The notes under the pieces are model-generated. The model did not search any database. It saw only the letters and a program-made list of their open reading frames with translations, and was not told the origin of the DNA. From NCBI RefSeq assembly GCF_009914755.1, contig NC_060947.1: 64,000 nucleotides of DNA; one strand, 5' to 3'. Both the position numbers and the translations under genes were made by a program. Shown here one piece after another: positions 38,188-51,990 of the stretch (position 1 is its first letter; every line of letters starts with the position of its first letter). This DNA is from the human T2T-CHM13v2.0 reference genome, Homo sapiens.

Positions 38188-39071
38188 GTTGGCCTGAGCT
38201 TTGACAATACCAGTATTAACGTTTTATCATAAAGTCTCATAACAAAAACTCGGAGAAAAGTTTGAAATTTGTGCCTCACAACTTGTTTCCTTAAATTTGT
38301 GCATTGATTTCTGCATTGATTCATTCGGACATTGTAAAGAGTCACTCTCCCCCACACCTTCACCCCTGTTATCCTGATTTCTTCTGCAACATCAGGTTTC
38401 TGTCACTTCTTACCTCATAAGACACTGTTCTGCAGAGGGAAAACATAGCTGAATCAAAAAGAAAAATCCATCCATATGCAAGACTAGTTGAGTTCAGTTT
38501 TAGAGAAATGTGCCATGTATCAGCCCCATATCTGTTCTGTGAAGGACGTGACACAAGAAGGCGACTTTTCTCTGTGTCTCTTGAATGGCATTCCGTGAAA
38601 GTACAGAATTTTCTTTGGATTCCAGAGCCACGTACAGTATATATTGACAGATCTCACAATGCTCATTCATTAGCTAAATACAATGAGAGCTGCGAGGGCT
38701 TTAAAGCAGAACTGTAGCCTCCTAGGTCAGTTGCAGGGGCATCTTAAAGGGATCACTTTACTCCACCTTATATCAGAGTAAACATCTTAGAAACAGGATA
38801 TGGTAGGGGTCAGTCCTTTGCTAAGTTAAATCAGGTCCTCTTTGAATCCCTGTAAGTTCCATCATGTCTGTAAATGAATATAGAAAGGCTGTCTTCTCCT
38901 GACACCACCTTGGAGAACTGAAGAATAGACTTCTTGGTCTATCTCTGTGAGAAGAGCTGGGCTGCTCAACTTCTGAGGCTGGACACATGAGTTCCATTTC
39001 CCATCAGCTTGAGCTGTGCCAACATTTAATGAAGCTCTGAAGCTACAGTTGCTATAGAAACCAACCAAGTA

Positions 39072-39883
<812 letters not shown>

Positions 39884-40919
39884 TTAAATAATTTGAAAGT
39901 AATTAGCTACATCAAATGAAGATTCTGTGTGAATTACACACTGTGGATTTCTTTCCAACCTAACACTGAGTAGCAAACGCTGCAGTTTAATGTCCTGTAA
40001 GAAAGTTCTTCTTCAGCTTTTTTGAGTTTAAAACAGTAACAATCACAGGGATTTTTTTAAGACATAAAGCCTTTTTGGTTTTCAAGTTAAATAGTTGACT
40101 AAATTGCCTTCATACATCAAAAATCTTTAAAAAAAAAGACCTTGAAAGATCAATATAATTTTCCCTTCTTGTTATTGTTATAACAATATATTCCCTTCTT
40201 GTAATTTGTTATAACCTCAAATTACAAATCCCATTTAAACTTCTCTTTTCTTTGAAGCAAATCAGAAGCAGGAAAGATAAACTAAAATGTTGGTGCAAAT
40301 ATGGTGCGTTTTTAGAAGTGCAAAAAAGTCTGCATGTACACAATTTCTAAGTATTACAAGTATTTTAATTTTTTTCAGAAAGCTGAACACAAAGGAAATC
40401 TACTTAACCTTTAACCAAAACATTCTCATATTTGCTTTTCTCTTCTTCATTCTCCACGATTGGAATGCAGCAAACATAATTTTTTTAGTGAATTCCTGCC
40501 TTGTAAATCAAAGATATTGGTGATGTTCCTCTATGTATCAAGTTGCTTAATGAAGATCCCATATCCTTTAAGAGTTTGTAGCATGTTGAGAAAATTGTGG
40601 ATACTTAGATGTTAAATAACAACTGCTCAATCCAGAAGTTTTCACTAAATCTAGGAGCCTTTTTTTAAAGGCTTTTTAAGTGGTCAAGGTACATTAAACC
40701 TGGAACTAAAAGGTCACTAAGAGGCTCCAAGACACTCAGATTTTCAATGAAGTGTGATTCCCTTCTGGAAGACACATGAGTGAGAGAAAGGTATCAGTGC
40801 TGATTATCTCTGCACAAATATTTTTAGGGAATGGAGGAGGGGTGTTTGGGGGCACAAGGCCCTTTAAGGCCAGAAATAACAACTTAAGGGCTGCAGGCTG
40901 ATGCAGGCCACAGACACCA

Positions 40920-41038
40920 GACACACACACATACACACACATGCACGCACATGTGTATATATAATGTGCATATATATACATATATATGTGTGTATATATA
41001 TTACATACATATATACTACATATATATATATATATATG
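40920..41038. repeat. Compound (CA)n/(TA)n microsatellite
   Basis: ACACACACACATACACACAC...ATATATATATATATATATG. Confidence 0.9.
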
Positions 41039-41059
41039 ACCTGCATGATGTGTTAAAAA

Positions 41060-41240
41060 CATTTTAAATTACTTGCCACTACTCAAAAACCAGGACTGAA
41101 ATCTGGATTTGCCACTTCTCTTGAGGATCTGGCCCCCAGGGCCACGTTCCCTTGTAGTAACAGCTGACCATCAGTCTCCCTGGCCCAGCCTCACTGATTT
41201 GTATTCCCTGCCCAACCTATATGCAGGCTCATGGGTTGGT
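41060..41240. mobile_element. Possible MER102-like (hAT-Charlie) fragment
   Basis: AAATCTGGATTTGCCACTTCTCTTGAGGATCTGGC...CCTCACTGATTTGTATTCCCTGCCC resembles MER102 as recalled. Confidence 0.4.
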
Positions 41241-41649
41241 AAGCCCAGCTTGGTGTGTGGGGAAATCCGGCCGTTGCTTCTCTGGTAATACCGGAACATT
41301 CATGTCTGCTGATGGTTCTGCTAACTAGGAACTCTCGGTCCTCCATGTCCTGGGTGAGAAGTGTCTCAGCTCAAACCCCTCTTGGGAAAATTCTAGGAGC
41401 TCATAGTGAAATTGAAAAAATTGAGAGACCTCGTTGGTACAGAGGGAATGCTTAATGAAACCGTGAGTAGGTCCTAGTCTCCACAAGTGTTTTATCCTGT
41501 GCTGATATTTAAGCTAAGACTGGCCATTAGACAAATTATGAAGTGGATGAAGTTAATCTTTACTGTTCACACTCTCCCCTATCATCTCCTTGAAGGAATT
41601 CATCCCTAACCAATCAAATGCCCTGTTCACTAACACAACATCACTCTCA

Positions 41650-42055
41650 GCTCTTCAATGGCTTCCCATCATATTAGAATAAAATCCAAAGTCCATACCA
41701 TAACCAACAAGGCTCTACATGATCCAGTCCCTGCCTACCTGTCCAAATTAATCATCTGCTACCATTCTCTCCCTCCCTCATTGTGCTCTAGGCACACTGG
41801 CATTCTTGCTATTTCCCAAACAGACCAAGCGGGCTCCCATCTGAGGGCCTTTGCTCTTGCTATCCTCCAAGCCTGGAAATTCCTTCCCATAGGCAGGGAT
41901 ATGGCCGGCTTCTTTACCCCACTTAGGCCTCTATTCAAATCTCACCTTTCCAGAGGCGCATTCTCTGACTGCCCATATAAATAGCCCATTCTCCCATCAG
42001 AGTCCATCATTCTCTTCCCCTTTGCCTTGCTTTATTTTCATATCCTTTAGCATTA
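41650..42055 (+). mobile_element. L2 fragment
   Basis: CTTCAATGGCTTCCCATC...AGAATAAAATCCAAAGTCC...GGGCCTTTGCTCTTGCT...TTCAAATCTCACCTT. The 3' end resumes at about 45240-45380 after the Tigger element. Confidence 0.8.
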
Positions 42056-42351
42056 ATTCAATACTCTATAGGAAGTTCTTACTTTGTATGGTGGTAGGGG
42101 ACCATAAAAATGGCCATGCAAGCTGAAACGATGTAAAGTAACCCTCATAATCGATGGGGAAAATAATAATTGCTCCATGAATGACCATTAAAAATTTTTT
42201 GTCAAAACAATAAAAACCCTCTTACTATTGGCTATAAATGTATAGGAAAATGAAAAAAAAGTAAGATGAATATTTATTTACTAAACTGTAATTTAAAACA
42301 CTAGAGATATTGGGAATTAAAATGTTTTCATTTCTTTGTAGAAAACATCAA

Positions 42352-43510
42352 TATTCTGAATGGACATTTCTCAAAAGAAGATATACAAATGGCCAATAAG
42401 CACGTGAAAAGATACTGAATATCACTAATCATTATGGAAATGCAAATCAAAACCACAATGAAATACCACTTCAAATCCATTAGGATGGCTACTACAGAAA
42501 AAAAAAAGAATAGCAAATGTTTGCGACTATATGGAGAAATTGGAACTCTTGCACATTGCCCATGGGATGTAAAATGGTGGAGCCACTGTGGAAAACAGTG
42601 TTGCAGTTTCCCAAAAATTTAAGCAGAATTATCATATGATCTAACAATTCTACTTCTAGGTGTCTACCCAAAAAAGTTAAAAACAGGGACTTGAACAGAT
42701 ATTTCCACACCAATATTCATAGCAGCATTATCTGTTTTTGTTTTTGTTTTTGTTTTGAGACGGAGTCTCACACTGTTGCCCAGGCTGGAGTGCAGTGGTA
42801 CGATCTTGGCTCACTGCAACCTCTATCTCCTGGATTCAAGCGATTCTCCTGCCTCAGCCTTCTAGCTGGGACTAGAGGCGCACACCACCACACCCAGCTA
42901 ATTTTTAAAAAATATTTTTGGTAGAGACGGGCTTTCAACACATTGGCCAGGCTGGTCTTGAACTTCTGAACTCAAGTGATCTGCCCACCTCGGCCTCCCA
43001 AAGTGCTGAGATTACAGGCCTGAGCCACCGTGCATGGCCTTCATAGCAGCATTATTTACAATAGACAAAAGGTGGGAACAACCCAAATGGATAAACAAAA
43101 ATGTGGTATATACATACAATGGAATATTGTTTACCCTTAAAAAGAAATGAAATTCTAATACATGGATGAAGCTTAAAGATATTATGCTAAGTGAAATAAG
43201 CCAGATACAAAAGGACAAATACTGTATGATTCTACTCATATGATTATATTCATATGAGCACAGTCAAATTCATAGAGACAAAGTAAAATAGAGAATACCA
43301 GAGGCTGGGAGGAGTGGGGAAGAGGGAATTAATGTTTAATGGGCACAGAGTTTCTGTTTGGGTTGACGAAAAAGTTGTGGAGATAGATGGTAGTGATGGC
43401 TGCACAACAATGTGAATATATTTTTACATTGTGAATGCCACTGAATGATACATTTACAAATGGTTGAACTGGTAAATTGTATGTTATGTATGTTTTGCCA
43501 CAATTAAAAA
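42352..43510 (+). mobile_element. L1MB-like 3' fragment containing an Alu
   Basis: ORF2 end ([12 protein letters not shown]) and 3'UTR ...GCACAACAATGTGAATAT...ATGTTATGTATGTTTTGCCACAATTAAAAA. Confidence 0.85.
42732..43039 (-). mobile_element. Alu (AluS-like)
   Basis: (TTTTTG)n tail; 16-bp TSD TTCATAGCAGCATTAT at 42716-42731 and 43040-43055. Confidence 0.95.
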
Positions 43511-43527
43511 CTTATCAAGAGTAGTTT

Positions 43528-44172
43528 TACAGTATGGAGATTTCTCAAAAGCTAAAAATAAAACTACTATTCTATCCAGCAATCCTACCCTTGGAATAAC
43601 TACCCAGCCCCCTAAAAAAAAATCAATCTTTCAAAGAAATACCTGCACTCACATGTTTATTGCAGCAGTATTTACAATAGCAAAAATATGAGATTCAACT
43701 AAATGCCCTTCAGTGGTAAACTGGATGAAGGAAATGTGGTATACATACACAATGGAATATTATTTGGCCATAAAAAATGAAATCCCGTCATTTGCAGCAA
43801 CATGGATGGAACTGGAGGTCATTATATTAAGTGAAATAAGCAAGGCACACAAAGACAAATATCACATGTTCTCACTTATATGTGGGAGCTAAAAAATCTG
43901 ATCACGTGGAGGTAGAGGGTGGGAAGTTAGAGAATAGAGACTGGAACTGGAGGGGAGGGGGGAATGAAGAAAAGTTGGTTAATGTGTACAAATATACAGT
44001 TAGATAGAAGGAATAAATTCAGTGTTTGCTAGCAGAGTAAGGTGACTATAGTTAAACAAAAATTTGTTGTACCCAGGAGATGGACACCCTAAATACCCTG
44101 ACTGATCATTACACATGATATACACATAACAAAATTTTCCATGTATAGCATAAATTTGTACAAACTACAAAA
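43528..44172 (+). mobile_element. L1MA-like 3' fragment
   Basis: 3'UTR ACAGTTAGATAGAAGGAATAAATTC...ACCCTAAATACCCTGAC; TSD AAGAGTAGTTT at 43517-43527 and 44172-44182. Confidence 0.85.
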
Positions 44173-46335
44173 AGAGTAGTTTGAACAGTGCTTGCTTCTT
44201 TCTTCTCTTCATAAAACCTACAATGCAGAGAGAACATTTTTTAATATTTCTTGGTGAATAGCCATCCTCCTTTCTAAGTTTATTGGATCAGCTTCCAATA
44301 TTTGTCCCTTGCATTTTCAATGTCATGAAATATCTCTGAGAGCTCTTTTAATGTGAAGTTTTTCACAAGTGTTCCTTCCTCTGGGATATATTCATCTCTT
44401 TCATCACAATCACTTTTTCATTTGTGTTCATAAGTTTGCTCTCACTAAGTTTCTCTGGCTGCATATCAAGAGCCTCTCAAAGAGCAGCAGTGTGTCCACA
44501 TTGCCATGGTCAACTATTTCTTCTACAACTCCATTTACCTTTTATTAGAAGCCCATAAAGTTACTTGCATGGCATAGGAAAAGTTCCTTCCATACTGCGG
44601 GCATACTACTTGTTGTTACTTCCTGCCATGATGCTTGAATGTGTTCAAGTACGTCCCTTATGTCATATTTCTTTCAAAACTCAGCTAAAAAAATGGCATG
44701 ATTTCTAGTTAGAGCATTCCTAGTCTGTCTGAAAGTACATCTAATAGGCTTTCAAATTTGAAATAACTGCGTGGTCCATTGGATGGATTAATGAGGTTGT
44801 GTTGGGTGTAAAAAGCAAATTTTCACATTTCCATTTAAGAGAATCAGGTTGACCTGGAGTGTTATCCAACAGTAGTAGTACTTTAGAAGTTCAATTATTT
44901 TGCCTAAAGTATCTCTCTACCACTGGGAGACAAAGAGGCAACACAGCTACAGGCTTTGCTTTCCTTGTGTGAACTGAGTAACAGATGCACAGTGACCAAT
45001 CACTGAATGATTTTGAAAGAAGTAATGCGATTGGTCACTGATTATGATGAACATTTGTCACTTACATAGCCATTTGTGGCCTGGAGAGCTAGCAGTGAAA
45101 TTTGCAGCAGTTACTCACAATTAATATGCTGTGGTGACTAAAATTTGAACTGTTTTGTTGGGAACCTGGTGTTAAATAAACCATGGTAATCAAAATTCAT
45201 GCATATCAAAACAATGCAAAGTGAGAATTATCTGCATTATGTATTTCTTTGCTTATTATGTTTCCCCTATGAGAATGTAAGCTACATGGGATGCAGACTT
45301 AGCCTATTTTGTTTACAGTGATATTCACAATGCCTAGAACAAAGTGTAGCACATAGTAGGGGCTCAATAAATACTCGTAGACAAGAAGAAAGGAAAAGAA
45401 AGAGAATGGAAGACAGGAAGGAAGAGAGACAGATGTAAAAATTATCTAGCTAGATCAACTTTCGCGTGAAGATGGTGCCCAGAGAAATGAAATCACTTTC
45501 CCAAAGGTACCCTGCACTTCAAGACTTCTGATTTGGGGTTTGAAATGTACCCTCTAACCCACATTGTTCCTCTCTCTCTCTCTCCCTGTCCATGCCTTTC
45601 AGTTTATGCATTCACATGAAGATGTGAGTAATAAAGTGGTAGAGGCCTTAATCACTTGACCTTTGAGGAAGGATAAGAGCTTTACTCCAGAAGGCCACAG
45701 CCCTGTGGTGGTGATGGTGGGGGTGACATTAGGGCCTTCCCAGACTCCCTAGTATCAGACCACAGAGGCTGCTAATTCTTAGTTTATGTCAAGCTATTTG
45801 CATTTTCTTTCCTAAATGTCCTTGTGTGGTGCTACTGTCAGAGTGTACAGGATGCTGGGGTTTTTCTGCTTGTAACTCACTGCCCTGAAGTTGGGTTTCT
45901 AATTTACTCAAGGGGCTCCAGTGTCTCAGAGCAGATGGGGCAGCCTGGCCAACGGGGAGAGGAAAAGGCTGATCGGATGAAGAACTTCTGTTTCTGTGAC
46001 TAAGGACTTAGTCAGCTACCTGGTTTAGGATGTACTATTTGTCAGTAAGTGGATCAGGAGGAAGCAGCACTCATTCTGGCTAGAGTAATGGTTTTCAGTG
46101 CATTTTTTACTCATGAAATTCAAAAAGAACAGGGTGCCAGTTCAACCTTGTGGTTGAGGTTATGAATGAGAAAGGAAGCTTAAATTACCCAGAGAGGCTG
46201 TCCCCTTAGTCACAGTTTCAGAGCATTCCAGACTCCTGTGTCAATTAAACCATATTGAACTTCAATAAAATACCAAAAAGGCAAATAATGGTCTTTTTGG
46301 AGAGCTCCCTTTTGCCCTACCCTTTTGATTGCGCT

Positions 46336-46451
46336 CTGTCTCTCTCCCCCATCTCTCCACCTCCTCTCTCCTTTCTCCCTCCCTCTCTCCCTCTCTCTCT
46401 TTCCTTTTTTCTTTTTTCTTTCTTTCTTTCTTTTCTCTCTCTCTCTCCCTC

Positions 46452-46502
<51 letters not shown>

Positions 46503-46544
46503 TCCATTCTTTCCATTCTTTCTTTTCTTCCTTCCTTTCCTTTT
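46336..46544. repeat. Polypyrimidine tract with a (CTTT)~13 short tandem repeat
   Basis: About 200 bp of almost pure C/T; perfect CTTT run at about 46452-46504. Confidence 0.95.
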
Positions 46545-47454
46545 GTGGAAAAAGTAGCCGTTCTTTATAAGAATAAAATCACGTAAGTAATTAATTGGAA
46601 ATGACCTTAGCTGATCTAAAGATTCTAAATCCAAGCTCTGTGTAAACAACTGATATATGTTTTCTTTCATTTTCAGATCCTTTGCCTTTTCACTTTCTCC
46701 CTCCATCTTCCTCCCTCTCTCTTGTACCCTCAGATCGCCACGCTTTGGACCTCCCACGAATGGTTTGAACCTGAGGCATGAATTGAGCTTGACTCCCTTG
46801 AGGGAGAGTTGCGAGAGGTCAGTGGTGCCTGAACCTTTTCTTGTTAGATACTCTTACAGAAGTTTTGATGAAAAGAATGAGTTGGCCAGAATTAGTCTTG
46901 GTTTGGTACATTTCCAATATCTGTGCTTTTCCTGGTTGTCATTAGCATAAATATTTGAGAGTCAACACTGAAAGAATTTGAAAAACGTATTGACTGAAGA
47001 TTTTTGTCACAAACACTCCATTTCAACTGGCATCTTTCACTCTTTGAAAGGTCTCTCATTTTAAATACCACTTTCTTCTTTTGTCCTATTGAATTTCAAT
47101 TATGTGCAAAGCCTTTTGGGGAGACACAAAGATGGATAGGACACAGTTCTTACCCTTACTACCAAAAACCATGCAGGGAGATAAGAGTCAGGTTGGCAAA
47201 AAGCTAAACAAACACAAGGCTAAACTAATAGTTAAAAAACTCAAAACAAGAAAGGGTCCATGGAGGCCCTGTTTAATTTTCAGTTTACCTCTACAGGCAG
47301 AAAATATCAAAGGAGGTCTGAGGAAAAAGGAATGCCTTGGGGGTTGTGGTAAGGCCAGGATGGAAAGAGGAGTTCAGATCAGAGATGCGTCTGGAAAAAT
47401 TTGGAAGGCAGAGTTGCAGGGGAAGGTATTTTAGGGGGAAATTATTTGGGCAAA

Positions 47455-47578
47455 CAGGGCCACCATGTGCAGTTGTGCAGGTTGTGCAGGCTATGCAATA
47501 TACAACTATAGGGGTTGCCATTCACATCAAAATCTCTGTGTAGAAAACAATCTCTGTGGCCACTGGTGGCAACCCTGG
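47455..47578. mobile_element. MER91-like (hAT-Tip100) MITE
   Basis: CAGGGCCACCATGTGCAGTTGTGCAGGTTGTGCA...TGGCAACCCTG with inverted termini. Confidence 0.6.
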
Positions 47579-48573
47579 GACAAAAGTCTAAGAGATATAC
47601 AGTGCAAAGCCTCCGTGGACATAAGAAGTAGACTTGTTACCATGATGTAAGCCCTGAGAGGGCAGGGACTGAGCCTTATCTTTGGATCTTCAGAGCTTTG
47701 CAGTGTCTGGCACATATTAGGTATATGAGACATGTTTCCCAAATAAATGAACTCAATCTTGCCCAATCCCCACCAGCTGGTTGTATGAATGAGGGTGAGG
47801 TCACAGAATGGGGATAACTCAGATTTCTTTGACAACTCTGGATAATGTTGGGCCTCAGCACCAAAAGTGGCCCCCTCCCAAATCATTCTAGTTACTTCCA
47901 GGATCTTACAGAGAGTTTAATCTGTGTTTCCGTACTGTACTCTCTTTTTCTTCCATTCTGGTCTTTATCCAATGTTTTGAGAGGGACAGCACTTCAGTCA
48001 TGCCCACTCTGCAGACCACCACCTTCTCTGTGAGTACAGTGTACCTTCCTAGGTGCTTTTCTCCGTGTCCGCAAAGCTGCTACAATGGAGACCATGATGG
48101 TGTCATGGTCCCTTCTGACCTCTGGGATTGAAGCCTTATTGATACTACAGAGAACTGTGGAGAATGGCCTTTTGCCCTCCATGGTCATACACATGGAAAT
48201 GAGGCTGTGTCATGTTTCTCATGTCTGATACAGCCCTCCTTAAAACAATGTCTTCAGCTTCTTCCTGCCTCAACACTGAGCAAAAGATGAACACTATGCA
48301 GCTCTTTCTACCCTCCACCCCTATGTTTCTACTTTTGCAAAAGGAAACACAATGAAAAGCATGGGGCGTGTATGGGAACATGGAATATTTTAGTTTGGAT
48401 GAAGCAAGAGGTATATACAAGTGAGAGTGGGCAAAAGCTGGCCCCAGTGGAGACTGAGTCAAACAGTGAGGATGGATGCATGCAAACCCATAAACACTAG
48501 TGGAAAATCATCTAAAAGCTATTTGAGGGGGAGCCACATTTTTAAGTATGAAGAAAAATATTATTATGACTGA

Positions 48574-48937
48574 TGCTATGAACTTAGTGTGGCCCCACCA
48601 AAATCATACATTGAAGCCCTACTCCCCAGTGGGATGGTATTTGGAAGAGGGGTCTTTGGGAGGTAATTAGGTATTGGGGGGGGGTGGAGCCCTTGTGAAT
48701 GGGATTAGTGCCCGTATAAGACGAGATATGAAATTGAGATCCCTCTCTTAACCATCTGAAGATACAATAAGAAGGTAGTCTTCTGCAACCCAGGAAGAGA
48801 GCCCTAACCAGAACCCATCCACGCTGGCACCCTGATATTGGACTTTCAGCCTTGAGAAGTGTGAGAAAGTAAGTGTTTGTTGTTTAAGCCACCCAGTCTG
48901 TGGTATTCTGTTATAGCAGTTCAAGTTGACTAAGACA
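48574..48937 (+). mobile_element. MLT1A-like solo LTR
   Basis: TGCTATG...TTGAAGCCCTA...GGTCTTTGGGAGGTAATTAGG...GTTTAAGCCACCCAGTCTGTGGTATTCTGTTATAGCAG...GACTAAGACA. Confidence 0.88.
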
Positions 48938-48974
48938 GCTGGTTAAAGATATAACAAAAGTCTAAGCAGAATCG

Positions 48975-49165
48975 GACAGTGGAGTTACACAAACCTAGGT
49001 TTGGGTCTCAGTGACCTTGGTTAAATCATTTAACCTCAGGGACTCTTAGTTTCCTTATCTGTAAAATAGTCATACTACCCATCTCTCAGGTTCTTTTATA
49101 AGAATAGTGCTTATGAAATGCTTAGTACAAAACCTGGCACATAGTAAATATCCAATAAAATGGCC
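48975..49165 (+). mobile_element. MIR
   Basis: GTGACCTTGGTTAAATCATTTAACCTC...AGTTTCCTTATCTGTAAAAT...CCTGGCACATAGTAAATA. Confidence 0.8.
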
Positions 49166-51099
49166 ACCAAAAACTAGTGTATTGTAAGGCATTCTCACTT
49201 CTAAGGTAATGTTTCATCAGGCCGTATAATAAGTAAGCAAAACTGTAGATTAGGTAGTTTTTTTGGGCTCCTTGCATTCTCTTTTCCCAACCAATGGCCC
49301 AGAAATTAACTAGGGAGTCAATATGATCAATTAATCCACAGCCTGGTGGCAACACCTTTTTTTTCTTCCATAAATTCCAAAAAGTGGGAAAGTAGAGAAT
49401 GACTGGTAGTAGAAGTTCAGGGATCAGTAGAGGTTTGGAACAAGGGTGGTGGTCTTTTGAGTGTGAGCTTCTTCTCCCTAACCCTTCATACCACATCCTT
49501 AAGGTGATTCGTTGTTCCACACAGTGAATTTTGGATACAAAAGACTCAAGGCTTTTACTCCATTGAGCATTCTGTGCATTTCAGTCAAAGGATTCATTGC
49601 AGAAGCCTCGCACTGGACATCTGTAGACATAACCTGTAGTTGCCCATCCACCATTGTTTTCAGGCACTCATTTCCCAGAAGACAGAAAGCCCCAACTTCC
49701 AGGACAGGCTCCACTTGCCAAGAATTTCTAAACTCTTTGAAGATCAGCTTCTACCTTATCAGGTACCTTCCAAATATTCTCAGATGGATGACAACAGTCT
49801 CTCCTCTCAGGGTTGTGTTTGCAAGTCTAGAAGTTTCTGAAGAATAGTAACTGAAGAGTTACTATTGCATATTTTCATTGCCATCAACAACTTCCAGTGA
49901 TATAAAGAAGAAACTTTTAAAGCATGTGATGGCAAATCCTGACCATTTTGTAATCTGTGTTGTATTTAAGAATCATTCATTCCAGGTAGCACTAAATCAA
50001 GAAGTTTCTTCATGCTGTCTACTTCTATGAAAGACACAAAAACCACCAAATCTGGTCTCAGTCTGAAAACTAAGTGGCCATGCCACTGAATGTCTGACAC
50101 TGGAATACAGGAATGGAACCATGCCATGTCTGAGGGATTTCCTGAATTAGGATTCTGGAAAACTGGGCTCTTCATTTTCTCTGCCTACATCTTGTAGCCT
50201 GGGGAAAGGGAGCTTCCTCACAATATATAACACTGTCTGCTCACCTTGGACCATCTTAGTCGAGGAAGGGAAGAACTTAATTAGAGCTTTGGACAGATTG
50301 ACATTAACAAAGTTGTCCACCAATAATTCTCAAACATGTAGTCCTTATGAACGCAAATGTTGTAGCCAATATTTCTGATATTTCAGGAGATTGGGAAATG
50401 CCAGTGGGGTTCTACTGCCTGAGGCAGCGCTTCCTCTGAGGAAGCCCTCCGGAAGTGGCAAGTGTTTTCTTTTCCACTGCTTAAAGGTCACACCAAATCA
50501 CTTCTTCCTCAAATAGATTTCACTTTCACAGGCTCATAAAATGGCCAAGTCAGAATGTGTCTTGCTTTATGAAGCCAGCTAAGGGTGTGAGGGTGACTCA
50601 GGCTTTCCCAAGTTCCCCTGCTTATTCAGTACCAGGAATATTTAAATCAGAGCTGGACTTAAAATAGCAACTCTTTGAAAAGGGCTCAGCATTGACTCCT
50701 GAGACTCTCTTTCAGATGCTCTTCTTACTTTTCTGTTCCAGTGGTCACTGCTTAGAAAGTCTGTAGACAATACATGCCTGTCTCTGATTTTTTCATTTTG
50801 ACTGAAGAACATTACACTGTGTAAAATTCTAGAATTCATGACAGCTGATGAGAATACCTTAAAACCCTTTGCCTACTGAGAGAATATTACGGCAGACTTT
50901 TATCTCCTGCACTGGGATACTCAGAAATTGGCCTGCATGAGTATCTTTGCTTGATAGATATTTGAAGTACAAAATTCTTCATTAAAGTTTTTCAGAGAAC
51001 AAGAATGTCATATTACTTTCTGCTCATTCTATGCACCATGATCAAACCAATTGTGATCATTCTAACCATGGCATTGTGCCATTGACTCTCAGACCTCTC

Positions 51100-51990
51100 T
51101 CGAGGTCCAATTTCCTGTTCTATCTCTCCACATGAGTGATCCATAAAAACTCTAAACTCAGTGGAACTAAAAGCTAATTCAAACCTATTCTGTCTTCTGT
51201 CTCCATCTCAGTTAATTACATGACATCTGCCAGTTCTCTCAAATTGAAAAACCTAGAGGCATTTATCCTTATGTCTCCCTCTCATTCATTCTCAACATAC
51301 AACCAGTCACTGTACATTTCCAATTCTCTTGCAGAAATGTCTCTTGGATTAGTCTGCATCCTCCCTGTCTGAGTTCAGGGACTAGTATCCTTTCTTGGAT
51401 GACTTCAGCAGCATCCTGTGGAGACTTCTTGCCACCTGCCTCCTCTAGAGAGCTCAAAAACCCACATCTGATTATGTCATTTCCATGCTATGAAACTTCA
51501 GGCTCTTGGGAGACACTGTTTTAGCACTCAGAGTTCTTAGGCTGGCTCCAACCACCTCTGTAGCCTAATTTCCTGCCGTGCCACCTTCCAGCCCCTTGAC
51601 CCCAGACACAGTCAGCTTTTTACCCCTCCAGAAATAGGACTGACCTTTTCCCCACACTCACCTTGGCCTAGGTCTTTACCTCCCTCTCAAATACCTCTTC
51701 CTTCCCATCTCAACCTAGCCAAATGCTACTCACTCTTCAATACTCATTTCAAATGTTTTCTCCTGAGAGAAGCCTTCCTTAATCTGTGCCCCAGCCCTGC
51801 CCCAAGTTAATGACTCTGCCCTCCACAATGCTTCAGCATTTTATTCAGGCCTCTACAATAACAGAACTCCCACCCACCATATGTAAGTACATTGTAGGAT
51901 GTTCCCTGTCTTACAATTCATTTTATCCCTGGCACTCAGTAACATTTGATAGATGGACTAGTAGATGGATAGATGGATGGGTTGAGTGAT
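51100..51990 (+). mobile_element. Degenerate L2
   Basis: TCTCCATCTCAGTTAAT...ATCTGATTATGTCATTTCC...ACTCACTCTTCAATACTCATTTCAAATG...GAAGCCTTCCTTAA. Confidence 0.65.

Larger units (their letters stand above)
42069..45235. mobile_element. Tigger6-like (TcMar-Tigger) DNA transposon hosting two L1s and an Alu
   Basis: Terminal-inverted-repeat-like ends TAGGAAGTTCTTACTTTGTATGG and CAATGCAAAGTGAGAATTATCTG. The body continues across the insertions (AAAACTTATCAAGAGTAGTTT-GAACAGTGCTTGC). Confidence 0.65.

Noticed and set aside
46255-46757. Lys/Glu/Arg-rich and Phe/Leu/Ser-rich ORFs
   Set aside because: Translations of the (CTTT)n polypyrimidine tract.
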